From: a virus
DNA: 64,000 nt
Virus record (IMG/VR): IMGVR_UViG_3300032304_000721
Span: 10,097 to 74,096 of that record
Reading direction: 5' to 3' (one strand)
Shown here: positions 9,212-18,514 of the stretch, in pieces
Position numbering within the stretch: position 1 is the first letter of the stretch
Layout: each line of letters starts with the position of its first letter
Notes under the pieces: model-generated
What the model was told of the DNA's origin: nothing
Seen by the model: only the letters and a program-made list of their open reading frames with translations
The model's database searches: none
Program-made: the position numbers and the translations under genes

Positions 9212-10545
9212 AATGTGTTGTACCAGTCTGCTAATAAAGGAAATGTCAGAGCAAAATCCTTGTTACGACGCTGATCATATTGTGTAAAGAACTGTTTAAA
9301 ATCATTGTGTAGTTTTGGCATGTCAAATGCGTCACTGTGTGGCGTTTTAACTATGTCCAGATAATCAATTAATCTCTGCAAATGGTTAAGCTCATGCTCA
9401 TGCATGAATATATTATTGCGATTGTGGTCTAAGAAATTTTGTAGTTTTTCTTTATAGTGTGTGCGTAAATTATCAGGCAACACCAATGGACTTTGAAAGC
9501 TGGGAAAACGCAAAATGTTCAGTGTAAAACTTACTCGCTCTCGTCCATATACTTGTTTTAGTTTTATCAACTGGTCTAACAACATACCCAAACTGTCAAG
9601 ACAAAGAGCATTGATGGTACACATACAATGCACAGCCTTGATTGCATCATGCTCTAACAATTCTTGAATATTGTGCATCCATTGATTGTAGTCTAGCCCG
9701 TCACGAATATACTCAGCCTGAGCATCAATGGCTTCCATGCTGGTGTATATTTCCAAGTGTGGAATGTCTTCAATCTTGGCAATAAATTCTTGTAACTTGA
9801 TTGAGTCCATTCCTAGGTTACTGTTAATTGCTAACCGGGTCTTACTACGTCCTCGATTCTCTTTAAACCAATCAATCAGTTTCCAGGTGTCGCCACTCAT
9901 AAGCGGCTCACCGCCAGTGATTCTCAGCTCTTGGAGAGTTTTGTGTAGATCTGTTTCCCACCAAGCAAAAAACGCTTCAACATAGGGGTTAGTTTCACCA
10001 AACCGGTATAGTTGACTATGATCGTGAGCATGAGTAAAGTGGCCACGCCCATCAGACACCAGGCGCTCATAAGGCCCGTTACGCCGGATATCGTTAACCC
10101 ATGTGGTACTGAAAGCAGGGTTACAATAGCTACAAGCGAATTGGCAAGTGCGATCGAATGCAATTTCAAGTGTGCGTAAATTGACATCAGCTTGGTGTGG
10201 GGTTTGGTATGCTTCATCTAGGGCCTCTATAGGATAAATTCGACTTTTGTATACACGGTCTGAGATAGCATCTCGCCCCATGTCTTCAATCTTCCAACAG
10301 TATTCACATCCCTTGGGTCTGTTACCCAACTGCATGTTTAACCGATCTATTTTCTTTTCTACTGTGTTGTGTATGGCACTGGGATTAGTTTTGATCTCTT
10401 CTGCATCTATAGCATGTGCAGGCGGGTGATGACAACTGGTGGTTTGCCCTGAGCCCAACCATATGGTAGCATTGTACCATTTGGCCGCGCAGAAGCTGGC
10501 ACTTTTAGTGTCTAATACTTGATGTTTAAAATCTAAATCAGTCAT
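9208..10545 (-). CDS. Radical SAM protein
   Basis: CQFACSYC, ITGGEPL; N-terminal CAAKW...SCHHP...CEYC. Confidence 0.92.
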   Translation of the reverse strand: MTDLDFKHQVLDTKSASFCAAKWYNATIWLGSGQTTSCHHPPAHAIDAEEIKTNPSAIHNTVEKKIDRLNMQLGNRPKGCEYCWKIEDMGRDAISDRVYKSRIYPIEALDEAYQTPHQADVNLRTLEIAFDRTCQFACSYCNPAFSTTWVNDIRRNGPYERLVSDGRGHFTHAHDHSQLYRFGETNPYVEAFFAWWETDLHKTLQELRITGGEPLMSGDTWKLIDWFKENRGRSKTRLAINSNLGMDSIKLQEFIAKIEDIPHLEIYTSMEAIDAQAEYIRDGLDYNQWMHNIQELLEHDAIKAVHCMCTINALCLDSLGMLLDQLIKLKQVYGRERVSFTLNILRFPSFQSPLVLPDNLRTHYKEKLQNFLDHNRNNIFMHEHELNHLQRLIDYLDIVKTPHSDAFDMPKLHNDFKQFFTQYDQRRNKDFALTFPLLADWYNTL

Positions 10546-11686
10546 TGATGTAAGGTGTAATAAATTGTGTAAAACGATCGGGGAATTCTTGTCGTACTTT
10601 TAGCCGCATCTCTGCTAGGTGATTCTGATTGTATTTACATGTATTATAACACTGTTCAAGGAAACTTGCAAGATCTTGTTGACATAGCTCTTCAACCACT
10701 TGTGCTATGCGTTCAATTCGTTCTTGACTATTCTCAATGCAATCAAAACTTTCGTCAATTACATGCCCAAATGTTTTAAATCCTAACCGATGTAGGTCTT
10801 TATAGTACCCCTGATTGGCTACTGCTATAAATGGATGTCCCATGGCTATAGGTTTCCATATCTTTTCTGTTCTAAAACTATAAGGATAATCAAACACCGT
10901 TTCAGTTACTAGACTAAAGTAAGTGTCGATGTATGGTTCTGCGCGAAGATATATTTCTCCCCAGGTGTGTTTAAATAGATAATTTTTAACAAAACTCACA
11001 TTATCGGCAGCCGGATCCATTGGATCGGCGTAGTCAACATATTCATAATTGGGCGGTAACAACTGGATTGGCATACAATTGCGCATAAGATCTATACCAT
11101 TATGGAATAGTTTTAATTGTCGGTTGTGTGCATCTGTAGTATCTAGATTGGTCCATAACGCACTGTCCAGTAGTCCGTTCAGTTTAAACTGCTCCAACAG
11201 ATATTTTCTATGCGGCCTTGTACGTCCATTAAGAAATAAAAACTTGTAAGGTTTAACAGAGTTGGAATAGATTTCATTACTTCTGCTGGCCGCCGCAAGA
11301 TTTTCATCATAGTCTAATATTTTAGGCAAAAAGCTATCGTACTGCAAACAAGGCCACCTGGCATCCATATCGCCGCCGCCAATAATTAATATTTTTTTAT
11401 CATGCGCTAGATCCTGTATTCTGGCATTGGCACATTGTCCTGCTAGAGTTTCACTGCCTTCGGCTGGATTGCTAAACACCAGTAGCGCCTGGCCACTGTC
11501 GGCAATGGCTCTTACTTTGTTAATATTTTTTAACACTTCTTTACGGCTAACTAGATACACAGCGCCTGAAATAATTTCATGTGTTGAAAAATCCCAAAAA
11601 TCATGATCCATACACGGCTCAAGCAAATCGTATACTTCACAAAACGTATCTAATACTAGTTTACGATTGCCGAGCATGATACTCAC
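10538..11686 (-). CDS. Hypothetical protein with GT10-like C-terminal motif
   Basis: YFSLVTETVF...FRTEKIWKPIAMGHPF...GFKTFGHVIDESFD; paralog of 3..1193. Confidence 0.55.
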   Translation of the reverse strand: MSIMLGNRKLVLDTFCEVYDLLEPCMDHDFWDFSTHEIISGAVYLVSRKEVLKNINKVRAIADSGQALLVFSNPAEGSETLAGQCANARIQDLAHDKKILIIGGGDMDARWPCLQYDSFLPKILDYDENLAAASRSNEIYSNSVKPYKFLFLNGRTRPHRKYLLEQFKLNGLLDSALWTNLDTTDAHNRQLKLFHNGIDLMRNCMPIQLLPPNYEYVDYADPMDPAADNVSFVKNYLFKHTWGEIYLRAEPYIDTYFSLVTETVFDYPYSFRTEKIWKPIAMGHPFIAVANQGYYKDLHRLGFKTFGHVIDESFDCIENSQERIERIAQVVEELCQQDLASFLEQCYNTCKYNQNHLAEMRLKVRQEFPDRFTQFITPYIND

Positions 11687-13076
11687 ATTCTTTCCACCAA
11701 GCAGTCATTTCAGGAAAAGTTTTAAAAAAATCAGTGCCGCGTCTGCGATCGTGTTCTGCGAAGAAACGGTAAAAGTCTGCTTTATTTTTTTGAATATACT
11801 CTACATTTAATTTCTGCCCATCACGCATCCAGGCAATGTCTCGATCTAATCTGGCCAGTTCATAGTCTTTGAATCCTTGGAATCTTGTTTGTTCTGTTTC
11901 AATTTGTCTGATCATCCAAGCCCATAGTTGTTCAAGTTGGTCCACATAGCTTTCTGGCAGTAGTTGTAGGCTTTGCCAGGTAGGTGTGCGTAGCACAGGA
12001 GTATCAAACCATACACGTTGATAGGTTTTGCTGTATAACTTTCTAAGTCCAAGTATGCCAGCAAACAAATGCGGAAGACCTGTTACACTTAGATTATTCA
12101 TGGTCACAATGAATGTTATACTGTTACGGCCAGGAATCTCTGTTAAAAATTGGTTAACACGATCCCATAGCAAATCAAAATCAAGCCCGTGTCTGATGTA
12201 TTCTGCTTGGTCACCAAAGCTATCTAAACTAACATACTGCATAAAGTGTTCAATCTTCTCGCCTTCGCATAATTCTTTTACATAGGCTTTATACTTTTGC
12301 CAGCTTTTTTCATCTACGCTAAAGTTGCTGGTTACATTCAAATGCAAGTCGGGTTTGGGATTGGCCAACACATAGTCAAAAACACGATAGGTATTCTTGT
12401 CCAACATGGGCTCACCACCAGTCATACGAAAGTGTTCTAGTTCTGGATACAAGGTAGGCCACCACTGCCAAAAAGCATCTACATAAGGATTGTGTTCTCT
12501 TACTGGTATAGGACAATTACGCCCAGTGAAGTGGCTAGGATCATTGTGGATAGTTGAAGTAGGATATCCACCATGGGTGTTAACTTCCTGTTGCCAGGTG
12601 CTCGAAAACTGCGGACTGCAATAGCTACATGCAAGATTACAAGCATGATTAAAATTAACTTCAACGTAACTTGGAACGACATCTTCATCTCCGTTTGAAT
12701 TTACAATAATGCCAAAGTCTTTGGCGGCCCAAGGCTCTCCACTACGGTAGTGTCTATCTGATAACTTGTTGTTATCTTCCATGGCCCAGCAATAGCCGCA
12801 CTCCGTAGGACGTTCTTGTTTCAGCATGATTTTACGTTGCTCTTTTTTGTGCGGAGTGTTGTGTAGCGCACTAGGATTGTCTTTTAAAAGGTCTGCATCT
12901 ATAGCGTGCAATGGCGGATGGTAGCAGGAGTTGTTGAGTCCTGTGGGCAGGTGTAGACTAACCTGTTTCCATTTGGCCAGGCACAGTGCAAAACCCAGAT
13001 TGTCCTTCATTTCTTCTGCACTACTTAAGAATTTAGATTTAAAATTTGTAGTGACTTGGTCGCCTTTGTTTACCAC
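11661..13076 (-). CDS. Radical SAM protein
   Basis: CNLACSYC, MTGGEPM; N-terminal CLAKW...SCYHP...CGYC. Confidence 0.92.
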   Translation of the reverse strand: MVNKGDQVTTNFKSKFLSSAEEMKDNLGFALCLAKWKQVSLHLPTGLNNSCYHPPLHAIDADLLKDNPSALHNTPHKKEQRKIMLKQERPTECGYCWAMEDNNKLSDRHYRSGEPWAAKDFGIIVNSNGDEDVVPSYVEVNFNHACNLACSYCSPQFSSTWQQEVNTHGGYPTSTIHNDPSHFTGRNCPIPVREHNPYVDAFWQWWPTLYPELEHFRMTGGEPMLDKNTYRVFDYVLANPKPDLHLNVTSNFSVDEKSWQKYKAYVKELCEGEKIEHFMQYVSLDSFGDQAEYIRHGLDFDLLWDRVNQFLTEIPGRNSITFIVTMNNLSVTGLPHLFAGILGLRKLYSKTYQRVWFDTPVLRTPTWQSLQLLPESYVDQLEQLWAWMIRQIETEQTRFQGFKDYELARLDRDIAWMRDGQKLNVEYIQKNKADFYRFFAEHDRRRGTDFFKTFPEMTAWWKECEYHARQS

Positions 13077-13987
13077 CCTTCCTGACTCCTGATAACGTCA
13101 ATTTCTTTAACCGTAACACCTTGATTGTGCCAATTTGATCTATAATGATGTTTAAAGAATTTACTTTCGGCTGGGCCTATCATGGTAACGGGTAAATCTA
13201 ATTGTTCTACTAACGGCTCTCCTACGTGCCCAGCTAACAACTCTGGATCTTGATTTTTGACTGTAATCCACAAATCCTCTAGTGCTGAAAAATCTTGCAC
13301 CGCACGATAGTCCCACTGCGGAGTGATCATGGTCATATACGTGCCCATACGACTACCTGCAATAGCCCAAATACCGTTGTCTACATCACGTCCTACATTG
13401 TGCCATATGGTCAAATGATCTAGATTGCGTTGATGTACACGTTGTTTAAATTCTTGTAAGGTGGGTCTAGCGCCTTTATTCAAACACATTTTAACACCTT
13501 CACGAAATCCAGCTCGCCATGCTTGGAAAGCCGAACCATTAGGATATGTAGTTGAATAGCAATCGTGCATGGCATAGTAGTTAGGATAAAAACAAAACTC
13601 TACATCATTTTCTGCTGCACCATCGCTTGCTTCGTGAGTGCGCATGTTATAAACGAATTTTTTAGACCATATGCTCAGTCCGCCGTTGCCATACATTAAT
13701 CCGTTAATGTGATTACGGGCACGCCACCGGTAAACACATACCTCGTCTGCATCAAGTGTAAGGTTAAAAAATTTTGGATCTGGTATATTATCGCCATCAA
13801 TTAGTACAAATTGATCTGTGTTACTAGCATCAGCGGCTGCCTTGTGTGCAGCATCGCTACCTTTTACTCCGTCTACACGAGTAGCCCAAGGCACCATGTT
13901 TTTGATTTTAACCCACGATTCTTCTTTGTTGGGCTCATCATATGTTAAAAATACACAGTCTAAATCTGCTATATCAATTGAGTTCAT
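13070..13987 (-). CDS. Putative glycosyltransferase (GT-A-like)
   Basis: FVLIDGDN DxD motif after AHKAAA helix. Confidence 0.5.
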   Translation of the reverse strand: MNSIDIADLDCVFLTYDEPNKEESWVKIKNMVPWATRVDGVKGSDAAHKAAADASNTDQFVLIDGDNIPDPKFFNLTLDADEVCVYRWRARNHINGLMYGNGGLSIWSKKFVYNMRTHEASDGAAENDVEFCFYPNYYAMHDCYSTTYPNGSAFQAWRAGFREGVKMCLNKGARPTLQEFKQRVHQRNLDHLTIWHNVGRDVDNGIWAIAGSRMGTYMTMITPQWDYRAVQDFSALEDLWITVKNQDPELLAGHVGEPLVEQLDLPVTMIGPAESKFFKHHYRSNWHNQGVTVKEIDVIRSQEGW

Positions 13988-14309
13988 TGCTTACTTTTGT
14001 CCATTTTATGTGCGGTTGATCAGTATTGACTACTATGCACACATCTTGAGGGTCGCATGCAGTACCATCCGTGCTGGGTTGTAATTTTTTAACAGTGATT
14101 ACCGGTTTGATATAAACCAGTTTACCGTCACTTACCTTAACATTAAAAGGGGCCAATACGTAGATCGATTGATCAACTTCTATGTAATTACCTGGCAAGT
14201 TCTCCATGCTGTAGATAATAGGAGATCCATCATCATTATAATACAATCTATAAAATGTAGGAATAGGGGCTGGCATGGCCTGTAAAATTACCCAAAATTC
14301 TTCTTCATT
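13974..14309 (-). CDS. Hypothetical protein
   Basis: ORF track gives 13974..14330; ATG at 14309 (MNEEEF) is preceded by GGTGGAC and overlaps the upstream stop, so it is the likelier start. Confidence 0.6.
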   Translation of the reverse strand, partial: NEEEFWVILQAMPAPIPTFYRLYYNDDGSPIIYSMENLPGNYIEVDQSIYVLAPFNVKVSDGKLVYIKPVITVKKLQPSTDGTACDPQDVCIVVNTDQPHIKWTKVSNELN

Positions 14310-15075
14310 CATTTGTCCACCCCTTAACATGATAATGTACCAGCCCCCACTGTGCCACAGTATTAATTCTAAACGGATTGTTTTCCCAGATTAATTCCTT
14401 GGTCCAATCATTACTTTGTATAGGATTGATATGACGTTTCATATGTACTATGGTGGGACCCAGACCTGCAGGCAAAGTCACTTGCTCCGGACCCATGATC
14501 ACTGCGGCCATGGCATACACTACATCTGTGGTTGGCATATCGTCTGGAAATTTTAAAATCTTCTTATAACTATCCCACTGCTCAAAGATTTGGCGCACTA
14601 TATTAAAAAACTCTTTGGCAGTTTTGCTTAACCGCCAATAGGTAATGGCATTGTAAACATCTGGCAAGTGATTAGCGTCAAATATTTTTCTGTAGTATCT
14701 TGATTCTGCAGGTTGATCATAAAATGTCCTGGCGCAGTGACTTACCACAACATCACGGTGTTCGAATAAGGTCCACCAATGATCTATAGGGCTAGTACAA
14801 ATCATGTCTGCTTCTAATTTAATAGTTTGTCGATACGGACTGGCTGCAAACACTTGCCAATCATTGGAATAGCCGCCTTGATCACCGTACGGCAACGGAA
14901 TCACGTGATCGAACACTGGGTCACTACACTTCTTTACAGTTAGCACAGAAATATTGGCGTCTGGATGCCATTGTCGAATAGAGTGAGCCAACTGTGCTGC
15001 GCAACACAAATAGTCAACAGTGTCTGTATCGATGGCTGGTATCAAGTAACCGCGTTCAGCAAGGATTGGCAACAA
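14305..15075 (-). CDS. Putative glycosyltransferase (GT-A / GT8-like)
   Basis: SPYRQTIKLEADM (DxD-position motif) and TDVVYAMA; paralog of 15056..15811. Confidence 0.55.
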   Translation of the reverse strand: MLPILAERGYLIPAIDTDTVDYLCCAAQLAHSIRQWHPDANISVLTVKKCSDPVFDHVIPLPYGDQGGYSNDWQVFAASPYRQTIKLEADMICTSPIDHWWTLFEHRDVVVSHCARTFYDQPAESRYYRKIFDANHLPDVYNAITYWRLSKTAKEFFNIVRQIFEQWDSYKKILKFPDDMPTTDVVYAMAAVIMGPEQVTLPAGLGPTIVHMKRHINPIQSNDWTKELIWENNPFRINTVAQWGLVHYHVKGWTNE

Positions 15076-15811
15076 TAGCTCCTAGTTGTTGTTTGCCCAT
15101 GGCATGGAAATCTTGTGTTAATGTTATCCAGCGTAGGTTATTCTCTGTGTTTACAAAATCTACTCTGTAACTGTCTCGATCAAGCTGTGTTAATTTATGA
15201 TCGGGTGTTAAACTGGCCAATGCCCAAGGAATACCAGGGTGATCTAATGTATGCCCGTTAACTATGCCTAGGGCAATACTCAGCGCATGGTCGTTACGAT
15301 AGGTTGCATTTGTATTTTTATATAAATTTCTATAATGAGTCCAGTTGTCTCGGATCATCTGCATTGAGTCAAAAATTAATTCTGCGTGTCGACTACGACG
15401 AAACATCATTACAGTTGCCCACCACATAGGCATACGATTGTCGCCAAAGTAATTGAGCCCTTCAAAGTTGTTGTTGCCGGTAATATCGTACGCCCAGCGA
15501 TGCGCTAAAAAATCTTGGTCTATGTCTAGCACACATTGTAACTGATCGCTAGCCACTACATAGTCTGCATCCAGCACTAGAGTGCAATCCCATGGGCTCA
15601 GTCGATACGCATCCATGCGATTGAGATTGTGCCATGTAACTGGACCAACATCTGTAAAGTGTCTTGTGTTAGTAGATGGTGCAGAATCATCGGTTACAAT
15701 GTGTGTTGGTATACCAAGATGTCGTTCAATATTTTTAGACGACCAGCGAGCCATTGCCTCATAGTCAATCTTCTCATTATTGCGGGCAAATATTAATGCA
15801 CCTGTTGTCAT
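15056..15811 (-). CDS. Putative glycosyltransferase (GT-A / GT8-like)
   Basis: SPWDCTLVLDADY DxD motif and RNDHALSIA. Confidence 0.6.
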   Translation of the reverse strand: MTTGALIFARNNEKIDYEAMARWSSKNIERHLGIPTHIVTDDSAPSTNTRHFTDVGPVTWHNLNRMDAYRLSPWDCTLVLDADYVVASDQLQCVLDIDQDFLAHRWAYDITGNNNFEGLNYFGDNRMPMWWATVMMFRRSRHAELIFDSMQMIRDNWTHYRNLYKNTNATYRNDHALSIALGIVNGHTLDHPGIPWALASLTPDHKLTQLDRDSYRVDFVNTENNLRWITLTQDFHAMGKQQLGAIVANPC

Positions 15812-16110
15812 CTTTTTTGATTAAGCTCTTCGTATTCTACTAACCACGCATTAAGTTGTTCTTGCCAGCGTTGTAATACTTGTTCGTAAAACTCTTCAGC
15901 ATCAACTTGCACAGGTGTTTCGTATAGATCTAATATCACCACGCTACCAGTACAACATTTTAATGTGGTCAGCAGTTCTGGACCCGCTTGCCACATGCCG
16001 CCAGCATGCGCAAATATAAATTTAGCTTGATATTTTTCTTTAAGAGTGCGTCGTGCGGCCGCGTGTTCAAAACGGCTACGACCGTGAGCTACAAGTTCGT
16101 TGGTATCCAT
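15808..16110 (-). CDS. Hypothetical protein, first gene of the minus-strand modification operon
   Basis: 100-aa ORF directly downstream of a sigma70-type promoter; ATGA overlap with next gene. Confidence 0.7.
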   Translation of the reverse strand: MDTNELVAHGRSRFEHAAARRTLKEKYQAKFIFAHAGGMWQAGPELLTTLKCCTGSVVILDLYETPVQVDAEEFYEQVLQRWQEQLNAWLVEYEELNQKR

Positions 16111-16116
16111 GGATTT

Positions 16117-16145
16117 ATTATACTACAAAAGAAGATAAAAGTAAA
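16117..16145 (-). promoter_or_regulatory. Sigma70-type promoter TTTACT-N17-TATAAT
   Basis: Minus strand reads TTTACT tttatcttcttttgtag TATAAT aaatcc ATG. Confidence 0.75.
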
Positions 16146-16163
16146 GGGTCCTAAGACCCTTTT
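16136..16163 (-). terminator. Intrinsic terminator ending the tail operon
   Basis: 8-bp stem AAAGGGTC-N4-GACCCTTT (16143-16162) followed by a T-rich tract on the minus strand. Confidence 0.75.
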
Positions 16164-16182
16164 GGTAAAGCTGGTATGGCTA

Positions 16183-17169
16183 TTAACTTACGCTGGCCGC
16201 AATACTTGGAGTACCCCAGGTGTTGGTTAGGTATGTTGTGCTTGGCGGAATATAAGTAACCAAAGTGGTTGGTGCTGTTGCAGCACCAATTGAGGTTGCT
16301 GGACTGGACACCCCTGTGCCGCCAGAAATATTAGCACTAGTACCTGCGCCACTAGAGCCGTCACTGACCCAGGTGGTAACCAAGGTCAACACTGTGGCGG
16401 ATGTTGCTGTGGCAGTGGTACGAATAAACTCACCTGTGTAAGTTGCGCCTGAATTGTTTAGTTGGAATATAGTAGTAGGTGAGCCAGTAAGTGCATACCA
16501 CCCTGTGCCTGTGGCTAATGTAGTCTGTGTGCCGCCTGTGCCGCCTATACGTGTGGTACCTGTGTAGGCCTGTGCAGCAATAGTTTGCGCACCGCCGGTG
16601 AGGTTGATACTGCCGACCCAGCCAGCAAGCGTGTTCCAGTCTGGGTCAGCGTCTGTGCCTGTGCTACTCTTACCATAATTAATTCTTATAATACCACCAG
16701 CGTTAAAGAAATAACGTGTTTGATCAGCACTTGGGAAGGTAACAGTGTGTGTAAATGTAATGGTCCATGCTGCTTGGCCTGATCCTGTGGCTGTAGTTTT
16801 GCTGGTTGTTCCAGAGAATGTGCCAAACTGTGTACCCGAAGCTACTGCATTACCACGATTGTTAAAGCAGTTGGTCAAGTCTGTGTTGACAGCGGCCAAT
16901 ACGCTAATTGTTTGGCCTGCAGTTGGCGCACTTCTTGCTGTAATCGCTGTACCGGTTTGACTACCCATACTGGACAGTGTGTTAACCAAACTGGCCCACT
17001 GAGTTGCTGTTACTGTTCCGCCAGCACTCACTGTGTTGAGTGCTGTTTGACCCCAACCAGTATTGGTACTGCCTGTGCTCCATGTTGCGTTGACGTTAGC
17101 GCCCGATGTAGTACTAACAAACCCGTTGTAGTCTGTTGCTTGTATTAATCCGCCTGATGAGTAAGTCAT
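16183..17169 (-). CDS. Virion structural protein (tail-associated, Thr/Gly/Ser-rich)
   Basis: T/G/S/A-rich composition and position at the end of the tail operon. Confidence 0.6.
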   Translation of the reverse strand: MTYSSGGLIQATDYNGFVSTTSGANVNATWSTGSTNTGWGQTALNTVSAGGTVTATQWASLVNTLSSMGSQTGTAITARSAPTAGQTISVLAAVNTDLTNCFNNRGNAVASGTQFGTFSGTTSKTTATGSGQAAWTITFTHTVTFPSADQTRYFFNAGGIIRINYGKSSTGTDADPDWNTLAGWVGSINLTGGAQTIAAQAYTGTTRIGGTGGTQTTLATGTGWYALTGSPTTIFQLNNSGATYTGEFIRTTATATSATVLTLVTTWVSDGSSGAGTSANISGGTGVSSPATSIGAATAPTTLVTYIPPSTTYLTNTWGTPSIAASVS

Positions 17170-17185
17170 TGTTCGATCCTTGGTA

Positions 17186-18466
17186 TTATTTAATTGTTAC
17201 TATAGCTTCCACAGTTCCTACGCCTGTGTCTAACTTATCTCTAAGTGCGCGGCCAATTACATTAAATGCTGTGGCCTCACCTACTTGTGCAGCTCTTGCC
17301 TGTCCGTTGCCGGCACTGACCAGTCTGTCGCCTTTCAGCACTGATCCAACGACATTAACAGGAACTCGTCCAGTCATTGCAACTGGGGGATGTGTAGCGT
17401 CTGAGCCTGCCAAACTGTTCATTAAATATGCTGCTCGTGTACTTATGACTCCAAACACTTTTTCGCTTAATTCAGCAGAAACTTGGGTGATTTCTGCTGA
17501 GCCGCCCAGCTCAACCACAGTGCCCGGAAGCAAAACTTCGTCGGCTTCAAAGCGTTCTGCAACGTCGGCATAGTTGGCGTTGATTTGATTGCCGCTGATA
17601 GCACCATTGGCGCCAAACATGGTCAAGGTTGGTGTTGTGTTTCCTGCAACATTGACGCCAAAATACAGATTGCCACCCGATGTTTGATTTCTTATTGTAA
17701 CGTCGTTAACAGCTACTGAAACTCTAAAGTTACTGCTGGAACCAACTGCTAGACCAGTATTATTAAGTACTGACATGGTGCCAGTTGTGCTAGTGTTAGC
17801 ATCAGAGCGCATAAAACTACTACTACCCAAGTTGTCTAAATATTGTGAGTTAGTGGCTGTGCCTTGAAATAATGGAACTTGACTTCCAATTATAGTTGCT
17901 AGAGTTATACCAGGACGCACTGTGGTGAATCCAGTAATTGCAACAGCAGGGGTAAAAGTTGCATCCTTGCTGATAATGCCTACAATACTGTCGTTTACAA
18001 ACAATTCAATAACAGTGTGAGCAACACTTGTGTTATCTGTAATTGTGGCTGCAATAGCACCAGTGGTGCCTTGGCCGGCTGTGAATTGTGGCCCGACTAA
18101 TAAAAAAGCTGTGCCGGTCCATACGTTTAATTGTTGGTTTGTAGTGTCGTACCATAAGTCACCAGTTACGTTGTTGGTTGGGGCAGTTGAACTAGAAGTA
18201 GCACTACTAATAGTTTTCCAGTTAGTGCCAGTATACACCTTCATTAAGCTGTTGCCAGAATCCCACCAAAGTTGACCAGTAAGTGGTGCGCCTGGTGCGG
18301 TGGTGTTTGATGCATTTTCTAACAGGTGGATAAAGTTGGTATCTAAAAATTGACCGTATCCAGCGTAGTTTTTACCCACTAGGGTCATTGAGCTGGAGGT
18401 ATTGATTGTACCGTCTGCTATGGTAGCAAATAATGCACCATCTGTTAAATTAATTGTATATGACAT
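17186..18466 (-). CDS. Tail fibre-like protein with C-terminal autoproteolytic chaperone (peptidase G2-like) domain
   Basis: Repeated GQLWWDS/GDLWYDT fibre motifs; C-terminal YADVAERF...PGTVVELGG...GVIST...VAMTGRVPV. Confidence 0.75.
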   Translation of the reverse strand: MSYTINLTDGALFATIADGTINTSSSMTLVGKNYAGYGQFLDTNFIHLLENASNTTAPGAPLTGQLWWDSGNSLMKVYTGTNWKTISSATSSSTAPTNNVTGDLWYDTTNQQLNVWTGTAFLLVGPQFTAGQGTTGAIAATITDNTSVAHTVIELFVNDSIVGIISKDATFTPAVAITGFTTVRPGITLATIIGSQVPLFQGTATNSQYLDNLGSSSFMRSDANTSTTGTMSVLNNTGLAVGSSSNFRVSVAVNDVTIRNQTSGGNLYFGVNVAGNTTPTLTMFGANGAISGNQINANYADVAERFEADEVLLPGTVVELGGSAEITQVSAELSEKVFGVISTRAAYLMNSLAGSDATHPPVAMTGRVPVNVVGSVLKGDRLVSAGNGQARAAQVGEATAFNVIGRALRDKLDTGVGTVEAIVTIK

Positions 18467-18486
18467 TTTATTGCTCCGTATTCATG

Positions 18487-18492
18487 TATTTA
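18487..18492 (-). promoter_or_regulatory. T4-type late promoter core TAAATA
   Basis: GGTAAATAC upstream of GGAG RBS and ATG at 18466. Confidence 0.6.
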
Positions 18493-18514
18493 CCGCAAAA
18501 TAATATACTCATAT

